From an uncultured delta proteobacterium (GTDB lineage: Bacteria; Desulfobacterota; Binatia; UBA9968): a DNA stretch of 64,000 nucleotides. The stretch lies in contig CAVUVW010000013.1 of NCBI GenBank assembly GCA_963745035.1, positions 1,888,001 to 1,952,000 on the forward strand, written 5' to 3'. How positions within the stretch are numbered: position 1 is the first letter of the stretch; each line of letters begins with the position of its first letter. The notes under the pieces are model-generated. The model had not been told where the DNA came from. It was given only the letters and a program-made list of their open reading frames with translations, and searched no databases. Of the stretch, positions 61,952 through 64,000 are shown one piece after another. Made by a program: the position numbers and the translations under genes.

Positions 61952-63282
61952 TTACGACGGTGTCGGCGTTTTGGTTCCGACGGCACAATGAAACGGTTGA
62001 GCAATGAAATACGTTCCATCCAAAACCGCTTGCGCCATACCCGCCTTCCATTCCTCCGTCTCGATGTTAGTTAGGGCGCCGAGAATAGCGCCATGCGCAA
62101 AATGCGCTTGGGGTGTGTCGGGTTCCGGAGAAGCGGCAAATTGCGGCCATATCGTGGTGTTCGCCAGACCTAAATTGTGAAAACGTCGATAAAGACTCGC
62201 ATCCGCACATCCCTCTGCACCAACGAACCCGCGTGGGATTTGCGTCTTGGATTTTAACTCTGGGCTTAATGGAATATTAACGACCAATGGAATGTCGATC
62301 GCTCTCACCATCACAGCCACACGTCCTCCAGGCTTCGTCACCCGGACTAATTCGCGCAGCATGCGGTCGGCATTTCCTTCCTCTAAAACTGTAAACGACA
62401 CTGCCATGTCCACGTGGTTGTCTGGAAACGGGAGGGCTTCCGCATTTCCTTCATGAAATGTAATCAGATTTGAAAGACCCTCCTCTACGGCCAGAGCGGA
62501 GGCTTCGCGCAGGAGATAACGGTTAACGTCAACGCCGATAATATTGTTGTTCTGGCCTGTGTAGTGGGCGAGCCAGCGATCTACAACACCAGAACCACAA
62601 CCGACTTCCAAGATGATCTCGCTAGGCCGCAACTGCACAACGTCGATCACGCGCCGTACTGCGTTCAGATAGCCGACTGAATGGCCCCGAGATTCCAACA
62701 TGGCTAAAAAACCCAACTCAGGCCCCCCGAGAGTGACAGTGCGATACCGGGCGCAAAGAACCGGTAACAGAGGCTCCCATTGGGACGATGCTAAACTCAG
62801 CGGCAGCAGCACGAGCGGTGTTCCTGCGCCCTCGCAGGTGTACCTAATACCTGCAATTGTGGCCCTCCGAATTCTGCTCCGCCTTATTGTCATTTCGCGG
62901 TGGCTCTTCCGTGATCACATTGAACAACGCATTTTCCACATGGGTGGTAAAGTCTGCGATGGGATCTGCCCATGGGGGACTGAAGTACGCAGGGAGCCAG
63001 ATTACTCTAGCATCGGGCAGGCTATTCGCAGCCTCTCTCACCATTGAGGCAGGGCGACCTTGATCACCGCTAACTATTTGTAAACGTGTACCGAGAGCAC
63101 GCAAACTACCATCGAGACGCGGCGGACAGACAAGCGTGAGCGATTCAATACGTTCCGGATGCGCCAGAGCAAGGCCCGCTACGTCGGCCAGCATGGACGC
63201 TGCGAAGTGAGCACGCTCCATTCCCAAATGGTCGAGCACGTCGGAAATGCGAGCGGTCCACAGTAAGTTCTGCTGCGGTCAT
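61952..63282 (-). CDS. Alpha/beta-hydrolase-like domain fused to a SAM-dependent methyltransferase; +1 frameshifts (~63258, ~62862)
   Basis: GAGGAG RBS, then MTAAELTV..VLDHLGMERAHF; later LEVGCGSG, GNAEALPF and RVTKPGG. Confidence 0.75.
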
Positions 63283-63325
63283 CAGCCCATCTCCTCGGTT
63301 TCTGCTGATGGACGTTGTTTCGGAA

Positions 63326-63495
63326 ACACCAGGAGGTATAGCTCAGATTTCGGCGATTGGGCAATCGTGAACTAGATGCAAATCGACGCACCGCTCTCGG
63401 ACAATCTACTTTTCTAAAGCGACCCAGCACGCCGTGAGAACGGCTCCATACCCCCCAATGTCAGTAGCACCGGCAGCGGGCCAGAATCCGCGTGA
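63326..63495 (-). repeat. Degenerate arm repeat, copy D
   Basis: ...ggacaatc...acgccgtgagaacggctccataccccccaatgtcagtagcaccggcagcggg shares blocks with copies A, B and C. Confidence 0.6.
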
Positions 63496-63628
63496 GTTTG
63501 GCGGGTGGAACTAAAATTTGGTGGAGCTATGATGTTAACTCGACGCTAGTCGCCGTGATTCAGACGACGTCGTGTGGCTGATTTAGTCTGCCGGGATTGA
63601 GGGATGAGACTGAAAGGAGAACCCTATC

Positions 63629-63832
63629 ATGGCAAAACACTCGTACAAGAATCACGAAATCGAAGTCTCCACGAGAGATAACGGCGATTTCATAGAGGCA
63701 AGCGCGAAATTTAAACCTATGCACGGGTATTTAGGGACTTTTAGCATGTGGGGCAAATTCTCAAGCCTCCAAGCAGCGGAAGAAGCCGTTTTAGAAGAAG
63801 CAAAGAGGATCATTGATAACCGCAGCAAATAG
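63629..63832 (+). CDS. Small hypothetical protein
   Basis: AAGGAG RBS, 67 aa. Confidence 0.55.
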   Translation: MAKHSYKNHEIEVSTRDNGDFIEASAKFKPMHGYLGTFSMWGKFSSLQAAEEAVLEEAKRIIDNRSK

Positions 63833-64000
63833 GTACCGCGCCACGAACAGAATGGGTCGCGCGCTGACTAAGAACAATCAGTCTGCTTTTCACATAAATA
63901 ATGCTCATTTTTATTTTTTCACGCATGCGTTCTGCTCATTGTGGTTCATTACACTCGTCTTAGGAGCGCGAACCGGGACGCCGAAACTATAGTATAGAAT

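Noticed and set aside
63440-63480. CRCY-TGA-HWG reading as a selenoprotein
   Set aside because: No start or RBS, the frame is not preserved in the homologous copy at 60680-60720, and it is better explained as non-coding repeat.

Overview
Bacterial chromosomal window. The taxon is an inference only: the ispE-spoVG-tRNA-Gln-prs-rplY-pth-rpsF-rpsR-DUF2232-rplI synteny and the many orphan solute-binding proteins, UbiD, cupin and ASST genes suggest a deltaproteobacterial lineage such as Candidatus Binatia. (1) 1-19.8 kb: a partial Cache/PAS/GAF sensor, a moeA + moeA-PBP pair, and a tungsten/molybdopterin catabolic cluster. The cluster has two divergent aldehyde:ferredoxin oxidoreductase (AOR) paralogues, a 4x[4Fe-4S] subunit, solute-binding-fold proteins, a maleate isomerase-like protein, a class II aldolase and a BNR propeller, punctuated by palindromic intergenic repeats. 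(2) 19.9-28 kb: housekeeping block with tRNA-Gln(TTG) and tRNA-Arg(CCG). (3) 28-43 kb: UbiD/cupin/heme-oxygenase-like aromatic cluster, then a sigma54-linked stress block (two USPs, ackA, second RpoD-type sigma, HPF-CSD). (4) 43.5-64 kb: visibly lower-GC accessory region with cargo genes, IS110 and Mom-like remnants and a DnaA-box cluster. It also carries a repeated ~150 bp element built on a tRNA-Phe anticodon-arm core (GACACGAGGA-N7-TCCTCT, different N7 in each copy) that separates gene modules; this is the most unusual signal in the window. About ten single-base (+1) frameshifts in otherwise intact genes look like long-read errors rather than pseudogenes.
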